Shown: positions 1-15,085, counted from the first letter of the stretch. The stretch is 64,000 nucleotides of DNA from Escherichia coli (GCF_003334785.1 NZ_QOWV01000012.1); one strand, 5' to 3'. Numbers and translations: made by a program. The notes: generated by a model not told the origin, from the letters alone.

Positions 1-536
1 AAGAGAAGTAGTTGGTGATGATGGCGCTACCGCTGGTTTGATATGCGGCGAAAATCACTTTATCGCGTTCGGTAATTTCACCTTCCTGCGCCAGCTCTTT
101 GGTCATACCGGCGGCGGCATCCGTGTTTTGCAGGTTAGCGATCAGCGCCAGCGAGCAGATCCCTGGAATGCCCAACAACGGTTTTAGCACAGGTGTCATT
201 AACTGCTGCGCGGCGCGTAATCCACCAAGACCATCGGTAATTGAAATAATCCCCAGAGAGAGAATGACTGACGGTGCCAGCTCCAGCGCAAAGAGAAAGC
301 CATCTTTAGCCCCCGCGCCACCCGCCCCGCGAAATGAGGTGGTGGCTCCATTCGCACCAGGCAGTTGCCCAAACGATCCGTTCAGAACGGAAAAATCAAA
401 AACGCGCCACCAACTGTCTGTCCCGGAAAAAACACCGGAAAAAAAGATTATGGTGAGAAAAAAAGCCAGATACCCTTTAATGCCCACTTTTTCTGTCGCC
501 AGCTCCCCGGCTACAGCATCCCCTTGTTGTGTCATA
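1..536 (-). CDS. yjiH: Inner-membrane protein YjiH, N-terminal part; gene runs off the window start (3' end not in window)
   Basis: Minus-strand reading frame open from the ATG at 536 to position 1 with no stop; translation begins MTQQGDAVAGELATEKVGIKGYLAFFLTIIFFSG, hydrophobic membrane-protein character. The plus-strand ORF 99-575 in the track is its antisense shadow. Confidence 0.7.
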
Positions 537-784
537 ACAATCCCCATTGTTTTTTTGTGTTTGTGTGTTGCTTGAGCCAGGAAAATTCCTGGAGCGGAAA
601 AACCTTATCAGCCATGTGGGTATGGGGAAAATGCAAGTATGTTTCTGGCTATGCGTTTTTTGCATAGCGGAAAAATTACGCTGTGTGGAAAAGGCTCTGC
701 GCAGGATTGAGTTGCAGAAAATTCATAAACCCAGTGACAATGACATCAGTAAATAAAAACAGAAAATCCAGGGACGAAAACGAG

Positions 785-1339
785 ATGGCAAAGTACAACG
801 AAAAAGAGCTGGCGGATACGAGCAAGTTTTTAAGTTTTGTCCTCCGACACAAACCGGAGGCGATTGGTATCGTACTTGACCGTGAAGGATGGGCGGATAT
901 CGATAAGCTTATACTCTGTGCCCAAAAAGCGGGCAAGCGGTTAACCCGTGCATTGCTGGATACCGTGGTCGCTACCAGTGATAAAAAACGTTTTAGTTAT
1001 TCCAGTGATGGTAGGTGCATCCGCGCGGTTCAGGGGCATTCGACTTCGCAGGTCGCTATTTCCTTTGTCGAAAAAACACCGCCACAGTTTCTCTACCACG
1101 GTACGGCAAGCCGTTTCCTTGATGAGATAAAAAAACAGGGGCTGATTGCAGGGGATCGTCATTACGTGCATCTCTCTGCTGATGAAGCAACGGCACGCAA
1201 AGTGGGAGCAAGACACGGATCGCCGGTTATCTTAACCGTCAAAGCACAGGAAATGGCGAAACGAGGTATCCCTTTCTGGCAAGCGGAAAACGGAGTCTGG
1301 CTGACATCAACGGTTGCGGTCGAATTTCTTGAGTGGTAA
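785..1339 (+). CDS. kptA: RNA 2'-phosphotransferase (Tpt1/KptA family)
   Basis: ORF 683-1339; internal ATG at 785 gives 184 aa starting [43 protein letters not shown], which matches KptA as I remember it. Confidence 0.85.
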   Translation: MAKYNEKELADTSKFLSFVLRHKPEAIGIVLDREGWADIDKLILCAQKAGKRLTRALLDTVVATSDKKRFSYSSDGRCIRAVQGHSTSQVAISFVEKTPPQFLYHGTASRFLDEIKKQGLIAGDRHYVHLSADEATARKVGARHGSPVILTVKAQEMAKRGIPFWQAENGVWLTSTVAVEFLEW

Positions 1340-1351
1340 GGGAAACACTCC

Positions 1352-2530
1352 TCATGAAGTGACCACTTGCAGCTTAAATAATTGTACTGTGCTGATAAGC
1401 GCAGCAATAAACAACGCCGCCGCGCCGCAGAGAGTGGCGCCGGCAAGCGCCGATGTTCCATTGCCGAGCATACTGGTCAGCGCCGGGCCGAGGATTTGTC
1501 CAATGCCGTAAATGAGCGTCACAAAGCCTAAAAGATTGAGATTTCCCGGAACGCTCAGTTGGCGGGCGATAGTCATCACCAGAGATGTCGTGCCCATAAA
1601 GGTACCGCCAAAACCGATACTACTAATGATAAGCAAGAGAGGAGAGTCGCTGGCGAGAGTAAGCAGCACACTGATAGCCTGCACCAGCAAATTCGCCGTC
1701 AGGCAAGGCAAAGCCCCCCAACGTTTTGCTGCCCATAGCCAGCCAAAGCAGCCTGGCACAATTGATAAGCCGACTAACGTCCAGAGATGGGCGGTTAACA
1801 ATGGTGAGCCTGCATCTTTCGCCATGAGCGGCAGGTAAGTCGCGACGATGATATAACCAAATCCCGCCAGGCCGTACAGAATAGCCAGTAACCACCAGCT
1901 CATTATCTGTTGCTCCGTTTTTGCCAATGGCATTGGTGCGATGGCGTGTTTTTTCGAGGGCATTAAAAGCGTAAGTGCAATCAGCATCATGCCAGAAAGC
2001 GCCCCGGCGCCTTGCCATAACGTTTGCGAGGATAAGGCAAAATGCAGGCCTGCCAGAACATATTCGTTGCCCAGTGCAATGCCAATGCCAACGCCAGAAA
2101 ACAAAGCTGCCAGCACAAAAGGATGGCGCGTGTGCTGCATAATCAGCGTCGAACCAAAAATCAGCATACCGGCGCTGGCGACACCCGCCAGGAAGCGAAT
2201 CAATAACACCAGAATAAATGGCGGCAACCATGCCATTGCGAGGATCAACAACCCGCTCGCCAGGGCAGAAACCAACAGAAATGGGCGCAGGCGCGACGGC
2301 TGGTGAAATGCGCCAAACGAAAATAGCAGACTGCCAGCCAGATACCCCGCATAGTTGCCGCTGGCAATCCACGAGAGCTGGCTAAATGAAAACGCCCCTT
2401 CCGCCATCATGACGGGCAACATAGGCGTATAAAGGAAGCGACCTAATCCCATACCTAAGGTCAGAACCAGCATCCCGAAAAGCGCGGTGCTGAAAGAAAA
2501 GCGTTCTACGGGATGCGAGGACGAAGGCAT
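1352..2530 (-). CDS. yjiJ: MFS-type membrane transporter YjiJ (392 aa)
   Basis: 392-aa ORF, strongly hydrophobic with many predicted TM segments; position between kptA and yjiK as in E. coli. Confidence 0.8.
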   Translation of the reverse strand: MPSSSHPVERFSFSTALFGMLVLTLGMGLGRFLYTPMLPVMMAEGAFSFSQLSWIASGNYAGYLAGSLLFSFGAFHQPSRLRPFLLVSALASGLLILAMAWLPPFILVLLIRFLAGVASAGMLIFGSTLIMQHTRHPFVLAALFSGVGIGIALGNEYVLAGLHFALSSQTLWQGAGALSGMMLIALTLLMPSKKHAIAPMPLAKTEQQIMSWWLLAILYGLAGFGYIIVATYLPLMAKDAGSPLLTAHLWTLVGLSIVPGCFGWLWAAKRWGALPCLTANLLVQAISVLLTLASDSPLLLIISSIGFGGTFMGTTSLVMTIARQLSVPGNLNLLGFVTLIYGIGQILGPALTSMLGNGTSALAGATLCGAAALFIAALISTVQLFKLQVVTS

Positions 2531-2597
2531 GTTTAACCTTGTATGTCATTTTTGTTGTTAACAAGTTAATAACAAAAAGGTGAAATATGCCAGCCTG

Positions 2598-5705
<3,108 letters not shown>

Positions 5706-5820
5706 GATTTTCCTTCCCCGTACCACGGGAGATAATGAAAAGAGGCCACATTATTACCATTCTTTTAGTGTGGTTTATTTGATCTCTCTCGCGGTTAGCC
5801 ACTTAGTTTTTCATGGATTT

Positions 5821-7101
5821 CTAAAAATTGCCGAGGGGGAACAAGGCCGGTAGCTGCGACAGCAAATATAAAATTAGCCCAATACAACCGCCGACCAGCG
5901 TACCGTTGACACGGATAAACTGCAGATCTTTGCCGATATTTAACTCGATTTGCCGCGACATATCCCGCGCATCCCAGCTTTTTACCGTGTCGCTGATATG
6001 GCGCGTCAGGAATGCGGAAAACTCAGGCGCGACGCGGTGCGCGGCTTGTTCCAGATGACCATTTAACGACGCCCGCAAGGCATCATCGGCAATTAACGTT
6101 TCGCCAAACCATTGACCCGCCCGCGCGATACGTTCTTTCACACGAGAATCTTCACTGTTGATATCCACTTTCAGCCATTCCCGTAAATCCCCCCACAATT
6201 CACTGAGATAGCGGTTAAAAGCTTCATCTTCTTTCAGATAACTTTTTACGGCATCGGCTCGCGCTGCCATTTCAGGATCGTTTTTCAACTTGTCGATCAG
6301 GGCAAAGGTGGCGCGATCAAATGCATGGCGGATCTGATGCGCACGATCGCGGCTGATATCATCAAGCAAAGAATTCACCGCGTCAGAAACCAACTCCGCG
6401 CTATGTTCGCCCAGCCATTCAGTAGGCAAAATTTTGGCTTTCAGCGGATGCTCGCTCTCCAGCCAGCGAACAATTTGCTGGGCAATAAACTTGCGCGATT
6501 TATCGCGCTGGAGAAGGGCGATCAACTGTGCGATCAGCGTATCCAGCAGCACCTGATGACGATTGTTTTTGGTCATACTCTCCAGCATCAACGCACTGGT
6601 TCCGGAAAGATCGACCTTATCAATCGCCCGATGGACCGCGCGCTTAAGCAGGCGCTGAATACGCGCATCATCGGTCAGTTCAAGAAAACCGCTCATGATC
6701 TGCAACAGATGCTGACCAACGCGGCGGGCGTTCTCCGGCTGACTAAACCAGTTGCCAATCAACAACGCCGGTTCGTGACGTCGAATCAATGCCACCAGCG
6801 ACTGGGTATCGAGAAATTTTTCCTGCACGAACTGACCGAGATTTTCGCCAATCCGGTCTTTATTACGCGGGATAATCGCCGTATGACGAGAAATGATCGG
6901 AATCGGCACGCGGCGAAACAGCGCCACCACCGCAAACCAGTCCGCCAGCGCGCCGACCATCGCCGCTTCAGCAATCGCCTTCACGCCGCTCACCCAAAAA
7001 TTGGGCGGCAAAAACAGCGTAACGACAAAGGTAGCAGCGGCGATAAGCAGTAAAGAGAGCGCCAACATTTTGGCGCGTCTGAGTTCAATGAGTTTATTCA
7101 T
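5821..7101 (-). CDS. yjiN: DUF445-family inner-membrane protein YjiN
   Basis: 426-aa ORF with N-terminal TM helices, conserved synteny between yjiM and mdtM. Confidence 0.75.
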   Translation of the reverse strand: MNKLIELRRAKMLALSLLLIAAATFVVTLFLPPNFWVSGVKAIAEAAMVGALADWFAVVALFRRVPIPIISRHTAIIPRNKDRIGENLGQFVQEKFLDTQSLVALIRRHEPALLIGNWFSQPENARRVGQHLLQIMSGFLELTDDARIQRLLKRAVHRAIDKVDLSGTSALMLESMTKNNRHQVLLDTLIAQLIALLQRDKSRKFIAQQIVRWLESEHPLKAKILPTEWLGEHSAELVSDAVNSLLDDISRDRAHQIRHAFDRATFALIDKLKNDPEMAARADAVKSYLKEDEAFNRYLSELWGDLREWLKVDINSEDSRVKERIARAGQWFGETLIADDALRASLNGHLEQAAHRVAPEFSAFLTRHISDTVKSWDARDMSRQIELNIGKDLQFIRVNGTLVGGCIGLILYLLSQLPALFPLGNF

Positions 7102-7141
7102 AACGTTAAGAATAGAGCCTGACGGCAGGATCGCGCAAAAA

Positions 7142-8374
7142 TCACCGCTCCTCCGCCAGCTCGGCAGCCTGATGTTGGCGCACGCGATTGAGCAATCCTG
7201 CCAGGGTGAAAACGACGATAACGCCCGCCACGACGGCTAACAGATGAAACGGCAAGCGACCGCCGTTAAACCACAGCCAGCGGCCGATTTCGACCGAGAC
7301 AGACATCACCATCAGGATCACCATATTCAGCGATGCGGAGACGGTCCCTTTCGGTAAGTTATTGGAAAAAAGCGTAAAGCGGAATAAGGTCGGGAAGATC
7401 AAACCAATCCCGAAAGCATACAGACTGGTGCCCAGCACCGACCACAGCCAGACGTGCGGTGACAGCAGATTGCCGATAATCAACAGCGCGAGGCCGACCA
7501 GTTGAATGGGTACGGCACGCCAGATAAAGCGCGGTTCGGTCGGATCTTTAACGAAACGCGCCACGATGGCATTCGCGACAATCACCGCGCCGAACACCGG
7601 AACCTGTGTCCAGGCGAACTGCGAAGTTGTTAAGCCGCCCGCGTCGATCAGGATCACCGGCGAGACAGCCACCCAACTCATCATTGGGATATAGCTTAAA
7701 GAGATGGTTGCTGCGCCAAAGAGGAACAGCCGATTGCAAAAGACATTACGAAAATCGCGCAAGACGCTTTTGGCGCTAAATGGAACCGCGCCGCGCTTCA
7801 CCGTCTCTGGCATCGCCAGCAGTAAGCCAACAAATGAGATAAAACCCATAACCGCAATGATGGCAAAAAGGACTTTCCAGTGCACAAAGTGCATCAGAGC
7901 TGCGCCGGAAAGCGGGCCAATAATCGGCGCAATCAGTACGATGGAGGTGATAATCGCCATCAACTTAATCCCTTTTGTCTGTCCGAACGCCTCCTGCACC
8001 GTGACATAACCAACGGTAGCAATAAAACAGATACTGGTGCCCTGAATTGCACGCGCGATAAGAAACTGTGTCATAGACGTGGTGAACATTGTCGCAGCGC
8101 AGGCAAGGGTAAATATTAGCGCCCCGGTAATCAGCACCGGCCTGCGGCCAATCCTGTCGGAAAGTGGCCCCAGCAGCCACTGCAACGCCATACCGCCAGC
8201 GAGATAGAGACTGACGGCTGCCGGGGCCAGACTGACATCGGCATTAAAATCACGGACCACATTAATGATCCCCGGCTGGATCAGATCCGTCGACAGGTAC
8301 GCGGCAAAGTCATACAAAATCAACGCCATCGGGAAAAACAGCGTGGCGGCATGGCGGGCAAAAAAACGTGGCAT
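7142..8374 (-). CDS. mdtM: MFS multidrug efflux transporter MdtM
   Basis: ORF 7142-8383; ATG at 8374 gives 410 aa starting [26 protein letters not shown]; 12-TM MFS pattern. Confidence 0.85.
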   Translation of the reverse strand: MPRFFARHAATLFFPMALILYDFAAYLSTDLIQPGIINVVRDFNADVSLAPAAVSLYLAGGMALQWLLGPLSDRIGRRPVLITGALIFTLACAATMFTTSMTQFLIARAIQGTSICFIATVGYVTVQEAFGQTKGIKLMAIITSIVLIAPIIGPLSGAALMHFVHWKVLFAIIAVMGFISFVGLLLAMPETVKRGAVPFSAKSVLRDFRNVFCNRLFLFGAATISLSYIPMMSWVAVSPVILIDAGGLTTSQFAWTQVPVFGAVIVANAIVARFVKDPTEPRFIWRAVPIQLVGLALLIIGNLLSPHVWLWSVLGTSLYAFGIGLIFPTLFRFTLFSNNLPKGTVSASLNMVILMVMSVSVEIGRWLWFNGGRLPFHLLAVVAGVIVVFTLAGLLNRVRQHQAAELAEER

Positions 8375-8840
8375 AACAAACAACTCCTTGTCCGGAGAAC
8401 CCCAATGGGGAAAACGAAATTCAATACCGTCGGTAATGACGAAAGGCAGGCGAGAAGGACAAATGTACTGAATTTCATGTAATCAACCACTCTGCCTGTG
8501 AACACACAGACAGAGAAATACCTTCTGATTCCAGGTCAGAATGTATAACGATTACAAATAGTCATCAGCACATTACACCTCTTGAATTGATGGGTTGCAT
8601 AGAAAATATACACCTTAAGTGTAATTAAAATTTGCGGTTAATCAAAAGAGCGCGGTGGAAAGGGGAATATCTGCCGGGTACAGGAAATGTAAAACGCGAG
8701 CCTGTTTCCGGAAAAATGTATCGTTTGCAGACGAACAAAAATAGCCTGGAAAGCGCCTCGGGGAACGAGAAATTGCCGGGTGAGAATGGTTTTGTTAGTC
8801 GCTAAAGTCGGGCCATCTTATCAACAGGTGACGGATCGCC

Positions 8841-9785
8841 ATGACAAACTTCACGACCAGCACGCCGCATGACGCATTGTTTAAATCTTTTCTCACGCAT
8901 CCGGATACCGCGCGGGATTTTATGGAGATCCACTTACCTAAAGATTTACGTGAACTGTGCGATCTCGACAGCTTAAAACTTGAATCCGCCAGCTTTGTCG
9001 ATGAAAAATTGCGGGCGCTACATTCCGATATTCTGTGGTCGGTAAAGACCCGCGAAGGCGATGGCTATATTTATGTGGTGATTGAACATCAGAGCCGCGA
9101 GGATATTCATATGGCCTTTCGCCTGATGCGCTATTCTATGGCGGTGATGCAGCGCCATATCGAGCATGATAAACGCCAGCCGCTACCGCTGGTCATCCCG
9201 ATGCTGTTTTATCACGGTAGCCGTAGTCCTTACCCCTGGTCCCTGTGCTGGCTGGACGAATTTGCCGACCCGACTACCGCACGGAAAGTTTATACCGCCG
9301 CGTTCCCGCTGGTGGATGTCACTGTCGTGCCAGACGACGAGATTGTGCAGCACCGCAGAGTCGCTCTGTTGGAGTTGATCCAAAAGCATATTCGCCAGCG
9401 CGATCTGATGGAGCTTATCGATCAACTGGCAGTATTACTGGTTACAGGGTGCGCTAATGACAGCCAGATAACCGCGCTGTTAAATTACATTTTACTGACT
9501 GGCGATGAAGCGCGTTTTAAGGCGTTTATCAGCGAACTTACCAGGCGAATGCCACACCACAGGGAGCGAATAATGACAATTGCAGAGCGAATTCATAATG
9601 ATGGATGGCTGTTGGGAAGGGAGAAAGGGAAAGAAGAAGGGGAACAGCGCCTCCTCCGATTGTTGTTGCAGAATGGGGCAGATCCTGAATGGATACAAAA
9701 GATTACCGGACTTTCGGCAGAGCAAATGCAGGCATTAGAGCAGCCCTTGCCTGAAAGCAAGCGCGAACCATGGATCGAATACTAA
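8841..9785 (+). CDS. rpnD: Recombination-promoting nuclease RpnD (Rpn/YhgA-like, PDDEXK_7 family), intact
   Basis: 314-aa ORF; N-terminal HDALFKSFL...[10 protein letters not shown] motif characteristic of Rpn/transposase_31 proteins; location corresponds to yjiP/yjiQ. Confidence 0.75.
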   Translation: MTNFTTSTPHDALFKSFLTHPDTARDFMEIHLPKDLRELCDLDSLKLESASFVDEKLRALHSDILWSVKTREGDGYIYVVIEHQSREDIHMAFRLMRYSMAVMQRHIEHDKRQPLPLVIPMLFYHGSRSPYPWSLCWLDEFADPTTARKVYTAAFPLVDVTVVPDDEIVQHRRVALLELIQKHIRQRDLMELIDQLAVLLVTGCANDSQITALLNYILLTGDEARFKAFISELTRRMPHHRERIMTIAERIHNDGWLLGREKGKEEGEQRLLRLLLQNGADPEWIQKITGLSAEQMQALEQPLPESKREPWIEY

Positions 9786-9807
9786 TCAGAGGCTGATGAC
9801 AAACGCA

Positions 9808-9910
9808 AAGCAGCCTGATGTGCTACGCTTATCAGGTCTACATAACCCATTAAATATATTGAACTTTAAAAATTTTGTAGACCTGGTAAGGCGTTCACAT
9901 AGCATCCGGC
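9808..9910. repeat. Degenerate REP-like palindromic element
   Basis: Inverted repeats caggtctaca / tgtagacctg and REP-like ggtaaggcgttcacatagcatccggcat downstream of rpnD. Confidence 0.35.
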
Positions 9911-10027
9911 ATGAACAAAGCGCACTTTGCCTAAGCCATGCTGTAACGTGGCGATGACCCTGCAAAGATAAAACGAGTTACAGGCGATTCGTGAGAGTAA
10001 ATCAGGGGCCTCGGCACTAATTCGAAT

Positions 10028-11440
10028 TTATTCCATTGCCCGATACACGGCATCGCCAATTTGCTTTAGTGCTTCGCGATAGGTTTCGCTGAGCGGCAAA
10101 GCGCAGTTGATGCGCAGACAATTACGGTATTTGCCGGAAGCCGAGAAAATCGAGCCTGCTGCCACCTGGATTTTCATGCGGTACAGCTGCCGCGCGACGC
10201 AGACCATATCGACCTGTTCAGGCAATTCGATCCACAGTAAAAATCCGCCTTTCGGGCGCGTAATACAGATTTCGCAGGGAAAATATTCCCGTATCCAGCA
10301 GGTATAAAGCGCCAGATTGCGCTGATAAGTCTGCCGCATCCGCCGGATATGGCGATGATAGTGACCTTCCAGCACAAACGTTGCCGCCGCCATTTGCGTG
10401 GACGGCACATTAAAGCTGCTGATGGCGTATTTCATATGCATCAGTTTATCGTGATAACGCCCCGGTGCGACCCAACCCACGCGCAGGCCTGGTGCAATGC
10501 TTTTACTGAACGAGCTGCACAACAGCACTCGCCCGTCGATATCCCAGGAATGAATGGTCCGCGGGCGCGGATACTCCGTTGCCAGTTCGCCGTAGACATC
10601 ATCTTCAAAAATCACAATATCATGACGCTGAGCGAGAGAGAGAACGGCCCGTTTGCGCGCGTCCGGCATAATAAATCCCAGCGGATTATTACAGTTTGGC
10701 ACCAGAATGATGCCTTTAATCGGCCACTGTTCCAGCGCCAGTTCCAGCGCTTCAACGCTGATGCCAGTTTCTGGATCGGTTGGGATTTCAATCACTTTCA
10801 CGCCCATACCGCGCAGCATCTGCATCGAACCGTAATAACAGGGGGATTCGACCGCGACAATATCGCCCGGTTTACACACCGCCATTAACGCCAGCGACAT
10901 CGAGTTATGGCAGCCGCTGGTGATAATGATGTCATCGGCGGTGACCACCGAGCCGCTGTCGAGCATCAGGCGGGCAACCTGCTCACGCAATACCCGCTGA
11001 CCGGCTAACAAGTCATAACCGAGAACGGTTTGCAGATTATGCTGCACCACCCGGCTTAGCTCCCGCCACAGCGGTTTCAGGCTGGGCGTTTCGACATCCG
11101 GCGTGCTTTTGCTTAACGGAACAATGGAACTGTCGCTATGCGCTTCCAGCATATCCAGCACCTGATCCCACTGGGTAATTTCCACCGGACGCTGCACCGG
11201 ACGCGTCATTGGTGGCACTGGCGGCTGGGCTTTACGTTGTGCGACAAAATAACCCGAACGCGGCTGTGGGGTGATGAGCTTCATCGTCTCCAGCGTCTGA
11301 TACGCCTGCTGCACGGTGCTGATGCTGACGCCGTGCTTCTGGCTTAAGCTGCGCACCGACGGCAATTTCTCCCCGTGACGATACAGCCCTTGCTCAATCC
11401 GCTCGGCAAGTAGAGTCGCCAGATGTTGATAACGCGTCAT
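10028..11440 (-). CDS. yjiR: MocR-family (GntR HTH plus aminotransferase domain) transcriptional regulator YjiR
   Basis: 470-aa ORF; N-terminal winged-helix GntR motif (LPSVRSLSQKHGVSISTVQQAYQTLE) followed by a PLP-aminotransferase-like domain. Confidence 0.85.
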   Translation of the reverse strand: MTRYQHLATLLAERIEQGLYRHGEKLPSVRSLSQKHGVSISTVQQAYQTLETMKLITPQPRSGYFVAQRKAQPPVPPMTRPVQRPVEITQWDQVLDMLEAHSDSSIVPLSKSTPDVETPSLKPLWRELSRVVQHNLQTVLGYDLLAGQRVLREQVARLMLDSGSVVTADDIIITSGCHNSMSLALMAVCKPGDIVAVESPCYYGSMQMLRGMGVKVIEIPTDPETGISVEALELALEQWPIKGIILVPNCNNPLGFIMPDARKRAVLSLAQRHDIVIFEDDVYGELATEYPRPRTIHSWDIDGRVLLCSSFSKSIAPGLRVGWVAPGRYHDKLMHMKYAISSFNVPSTQMAAATFVLEGHYHRHIRRMRQTYQRNLALYTCWIREYFPCEICITRPKGGFLLWIELPEQVDMVCVARQLYRMKIQVAAGSIFSASGKYRNCLRINCALPLSETYREALKQIGDAVYRAME

Positions 11441-11616
11441 GCTGTATTCCTTATTTGGACCATACAGAGAGAAAAACCGGTACAGATGAGGCTAAAAAAC
11501 CGGATGCAGATGCTGTTTTAACCTGTCTGTATGTTAAATAAAACTAATATTTGCATCTGTATTGTGAACTGCCAGAAGACGGATGATGAAGCCTCTGAAA
11601 GATGAGGAGGCAGCAG

Positions 11617-11781
11617 ATGGAATTTCACGAAAACAAAGCCAAAACGCCGTTTATCGGCCTAGTGCAACTCTGGCAGGAGGTGAGGCGTTGGCGGCGGCAA
11701 ATGCAGACCCGACGAGTGTTACAGCAGATGAGTGATGAACGGTTGAGGGATATCGGGTTACGCAGGGAGGATGTGGAGTGA
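11617..11781 (+). CDS. yjiS: DUF1127 small protein YjiS (54 aa)
   Basis: ATG at 11617, TGA at 11779-11781; translation MEFHENKAKTPFIGLVQLWQEVRRWRRQMQTRRVLQQMSDERLRDIGLRREDVE read directly from the sequence; below the ORF-track size cut-off. Confidence 0.65.
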   Translation: MEFHENKAKTPFIGLVQLWQEVRRWRRQMQTRRVLQQMSDERLRDIGLRREDVE

Positions 11782-12277
11782 GGGGGGATATAAATTTATA
11801 TAATAAAACGTTTTTATGTTTTTAAATTAAGTTATAAAAATTTTCCCGAGACTATTCATCAATAGGTATGGAGTGTACAGGAATATCTTCTTCACTAACC
11901 TCTTTAAACTCATGTCGATAATGGTCAAAAAACGCACAGTGATTACTTGTGTTTTTTGACTGACTTTACAACTCTCATTATTCGCTATTGTGAAGTTTCT
12001 CTAATTGTTTTATATCCTGGAAAGTTAAATGTTAGTTACTGCATACTTTTTTATTTTTTGAGATTTATTTTCATTTGAAATTATAAAGTCAGGTGATAAA
12101 TGAGTTGTGATTAATAGATAGTTGATATCATTTTTATCTAAAATTGATTTATGGTGCCGACCTGAAAAATTAGCTATTGCCGCCTGATTAATTATACGAT
12201 ATTTTTAAAGGTTTTCTTTCAAATTAGAAATATTCTGGGGTTTTGTTTTTGTATCTTTTATCTCTAAGGAGCTTGCT

Positions 12278-15043
12278 TTGGGTCAATCAGAATACATTTC
12301 ATGGGTAAAATGTACTTCCTGGCTAAGTAACTTTGTGAATCTTAGAGGGTTGAGACAACCGGATGGCCGTCCTCTTTATGAATATCATGCAACCAATGAT
12401 GAATATAACCAATTAACGCAGCTACTCCGTGCAGTCGGTCAATCACAATCTAATATATGTAATAAGGACTTTGCTGCCTGTTTTGTTCTTTTTTGCTCTG
12501 AGTGGTACCGCAGGGATTATGAACGGCAATGCGGATGGACGTGGGACCCTATATATAAAAAAATAGGGATTTCATTTACCGCCACAGAGCTTGGTACCAT
12601 CGTACCGAAAGGGATGGACGATTACTGGCTGCGCCCAATTCGATTTTATGAATCTGAACGACGCAATTTTCTCGGAACATTATTCAGTGAAGGTGGTTTA
12701 CCTTTCCGGTTACTCAAAGAATCAGACAGTCGCTTTCTGGCTGTTTTCTCCAGGATCCTTGGACAATATGAGCAAGCAAAGCAGTCAGGTTTTTCTGCCC
12801 TTTCGCTGGCAAGAGCCGTCATAGAAAAATTAGCGCTGCCAACTGTTTTTAGCGAAGATACTTCTGTAGAACTTATCAGTCATATGGCTGATAACCTCAA
12901 TTCCTTAGTACTTACTCACAACCTAATAAATCACAAAGAACCAGTACAACAGCTTGATAAGGTTCACCCTACCTGGCGAAGCGAGTTTCCAATACCGTTA
13001 GATGATGAAACAGGAACGCATTTTTTGAATGGACTGCTATGCGCAGCCTCTGTAGAGGCTAAGCCTCGACTACAAAAAAATAAGAGTACGCGTTGCCAAT
13101 TCTATTGGTCAGAAAAGCATCCAGATGAGCTTAGGGCGATAGTATCTCTCCCTGACGAAGTTTCCTTTCCTGTAACAAGCGAGCCGTCAACTACGCGCTT
13201 TGAACTTGCCATTTGTGAAGATGGTGAGGAAGTCTCTGGCCTTGGGCCAGCTTATGCTTCCCTGGAAAACAGACAGGCAACAGTTCGATTACGTAAAAGC
13301 GAAGTGAGATTTGTCAGGCAAAATCCATCGGCAGGTTTGTCGTTAGTGGCTCGTGCTGGAGGGATGATTGTTGGGAGCATTAAACTTGATGACAGTGAAA
13401 TTGCCATTGGTGAGGTGCCGTTAACCTTCATCGTTGATGCAGATCAATGGCTGTTACAGGGACAGGCCTCCTGTAGTGTGCAAAGCAGCGATGTTCTGAT
13501 TGTGCTCCCTCGGGACAATAGTACTGTTGCTGGTTTTGATGGCCAATCGAGTGCAGTAAACGTATTAGGACTTGTCGCTATGACTCTGGCGGTTGCTCTG
13601 CGTCAGGCGCTAGCGGGCGTTCTGGGTATCTCCGGCGCAGAACTCGGCTATTCTGTACGCCCGGTCAGACTGGAGGATGGGCAATCGGTATTAGCCGTTC
13701 AGCTTTATGATGTGATCAGCGGTGGTGCAGGTTTTGCCTCCAGCGCACCGGTACACATTGAAGCTATTTTGCAGGGAATGGTGAAACAGTTAGGTTGCCG
13801 CCATTGTGATACTGCATGTAGTGAATGCCTGCTTGATTCCCAGACTCGCCACGATCACGATTTGCTGGATCGCAAAGCGGCGCTGGCCTGGCTTGGCGAT
13901 GACTTCACGTATTACATCGGTTTACCGGATGAAGAGACATTCTCGCTGCCGGATGCCCGCTACTGCCCTGGCGCTATTGGCGATACGATTCGCCGGGCGA
14001 TTAACGAAGGCGCTGAAAAGCTCACCCTGTGGATGACCGGCGCGCCCAATGAGTGGGATTTATACGCCCGTCAGTTCCGCGCGGCGGTTCAGAGCTATCG
14101 GCTAAAAGACAACGTCGAGGTCGATCTTGTTATACCTGCGGGAGTGGATGACCCGGATCTGTTGTATGAACTATCGCAATTTACTGCGCTGGGTGTGCGG
14201 CTGTGCCATGTTGAACAGGATCTGCAATTGCCGATCGTTGCCCAGGTTACCTTTGCCGATCGCGTGATGACGCTGGCTTCTCGCAGCCAGCAGGCAACGA
14301 TTCCGGGGCCGGAGTGGCACCTGAATGACGAACTGGTGGTGCGTAGTCTCGGTTATAAAACGGTAGAACTGAACGAGTTTATTCTGCCGGCTAAAGCCGC
14401 CAACGCTGTCGAGCGGGTCAAAGACATTCAGATCCACAAACAGTTGAATGGACCACTTTCGCAGTTTGGACAACGCTTCTGGGACGTGCTGTTTAACGAC
14501 CATGAAGAAGCACAGTCACTGATGAATAACACGCGAATTACCGGCGTTCACTATACCGATCGCTATCTGCAAAACCCGGTTGCGCTGGCGTTGTTGGGAT
14601 CAATTCTGAGACCGCTAAAAACAAAGCTGACCGATGGCGCTGAAGTGGCGCTGGATACGCTGTTTAAAGATAAAGATCGCCCCGGTAACCGGCCTTTCCA
14701 TGACTGGATGAGCATAGCGGATTTTCAGGATTTCGCTGATCAGTGGTTTGCTGCTGCGCTGGGCAGGCCGATAGAACTAACGGTGTTCGACTCGCCGCGC
14801 GATATCCCTCACCATCGTAAACTGACGGTGACTTTTGAGGATGGTCAGGTTTTGAAGATCCGCTTCGATCAGGGGATGGGCTACTGGCGTATCAACTTTG
14901 CATCGCAATGGCATTACTTTGACTTCCGCGATGACGTTTCTTTCCAGTTAGTCAAAATGGCTCAGGCCTGCAATGAAGGAAATGTGGCCAACAGCGAAGA
15001 GAGCTGGGCAACGGATGTGCTGGTGGAGGTGAGCGCCTCCTGA
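12278..15043 (+). CDS. Uncharacterised 921-aa protein in the immigration-control region; candidate single-gene defence / anti-MGE factor, function unknown
   Basis: Uninterrupted 2766-nt ORF; TTG start at 12278 preceded by AAGGAG 8 nt upstream; 0.5-kb AT-rich leader; intrinsic terminator immediately after the stop; CxxCx3CxxC motif at aa 507-517; no Walker A found by eye. It occupies the slot where K-12 has yjiT/yjiV/mcrC/mcrB. Confidence 0.7.
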   Translation: MGQSEYISWVKCTSWLSNFVNLRGLRQPDGRPLYEYHATNDEYNQLTQLLRAVGQSQSNICNKDFAACFVLFCSEWYRRDYERQCGWTWDPIYKKIGISFTATELGTIVPKGMDDYWLRPIRFYESERRNFLGTLFSEGGLPFRLLKESDSRFLAVFSRILGQYEQAKQSGFSALSLARAVIEKLALPTVFSEDTSVELISHMADNLNSLVLTHNLINHKEPVQQLDKVHPTWRSEFPIPLDDETGTHFLNGLLCAASVEAKPRLQKNKSTRCQFYWSEKHPDELRAIVSLPDEVSFPVTSEPSTTRFELAICEDGEEVSGLGPAYASLENRQATVRLRKSEVRFVRQNPSAGLSLVARAGGMIVGSIKLDDSEIAIGEVPLTFIVDADQWLLQGQASCSVQSSDVLIVLPRDNSTVAGFDGQSSAVNVLGLVAMTLAVALRQALAGVLGISGAELGYSVRPVRLEDGQSVLAVQLYDVISGGAGFASSAPVHIEAILQGMVKQLGCRHCDTACSECLLDSQTRHDHDLLDRKAALAWLGDDFTYYIGLPDEETFSLPDARYCPGAIGDTIRRAINEGAEKLTLWMTGAPNEWDLYARQFRAAVQSYRLKDNVEVDLVIPAGVDDPDLLYELSQFTALGVRLCHVEQDLQLPIVAQVTFADRVMTLASRSQQATIPGPEWHLNDELVVRSLGYKTVELNEFILPAKAANAVERVKDIQIHKQLNGPLSQFGQRFWDVLFNDHEEAQSLMNNTRITGVHYTDRYLQNPVALALLGSILRPLKTKLTDGAEVALDTLFKDKDRPGNRPFHDWMSIADFQDFADQWFAAALGRPIELTVFDSPRDIPHHRKLTVTFEDGQVLKIRFDQGMGYWRINFASQWHYFDFRDDVSFQLVKMAQACNEGNVANSEESWATDVLVEVSAS

Positions 15044-15052
15044 TGATGTGCC

Positions 15053-15081
15053 GCTCCCGATGTGGTGTCGGGAGCGTTTTT
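15053..15081 (+). terminator. Rho-independent terminator after the 921-aa ORF
   Basis: gctcccga-tgtggtg-tcgggagc hairpin followed by gttttt, 10 nt after the TGA at 15041-15043. Confidence 0.6.
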
Positions 15082-15085
15082 CCAT

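Noticed and set aside
99-575. 158-aa plus-strand ORF at the window start
   Set aside because: Antisense to the yjiH N-terminal coding region; the minus-strand frame is open to the window edge and membrane-protein-like.
6325-7053. 242-aa plus-strand ORF
   Set aside because: Antisense shadow of yjiN.
11782-12277. Hidden small toxin or peptide gene in the AT-rich leader
   Set aside because: The only ATG-initiated frame I found is 17 codons with no Shine-Dalgarno; more likely an untranslated, H-NS-bound promoter region.
12278-15043. Orphan ORF as an McrB or McrC homologue
   Set aside because: No GTPase/AAA+ Walker motifs found by eye and no resemblance to McrBC sequences as I remember them; kept as unknown.
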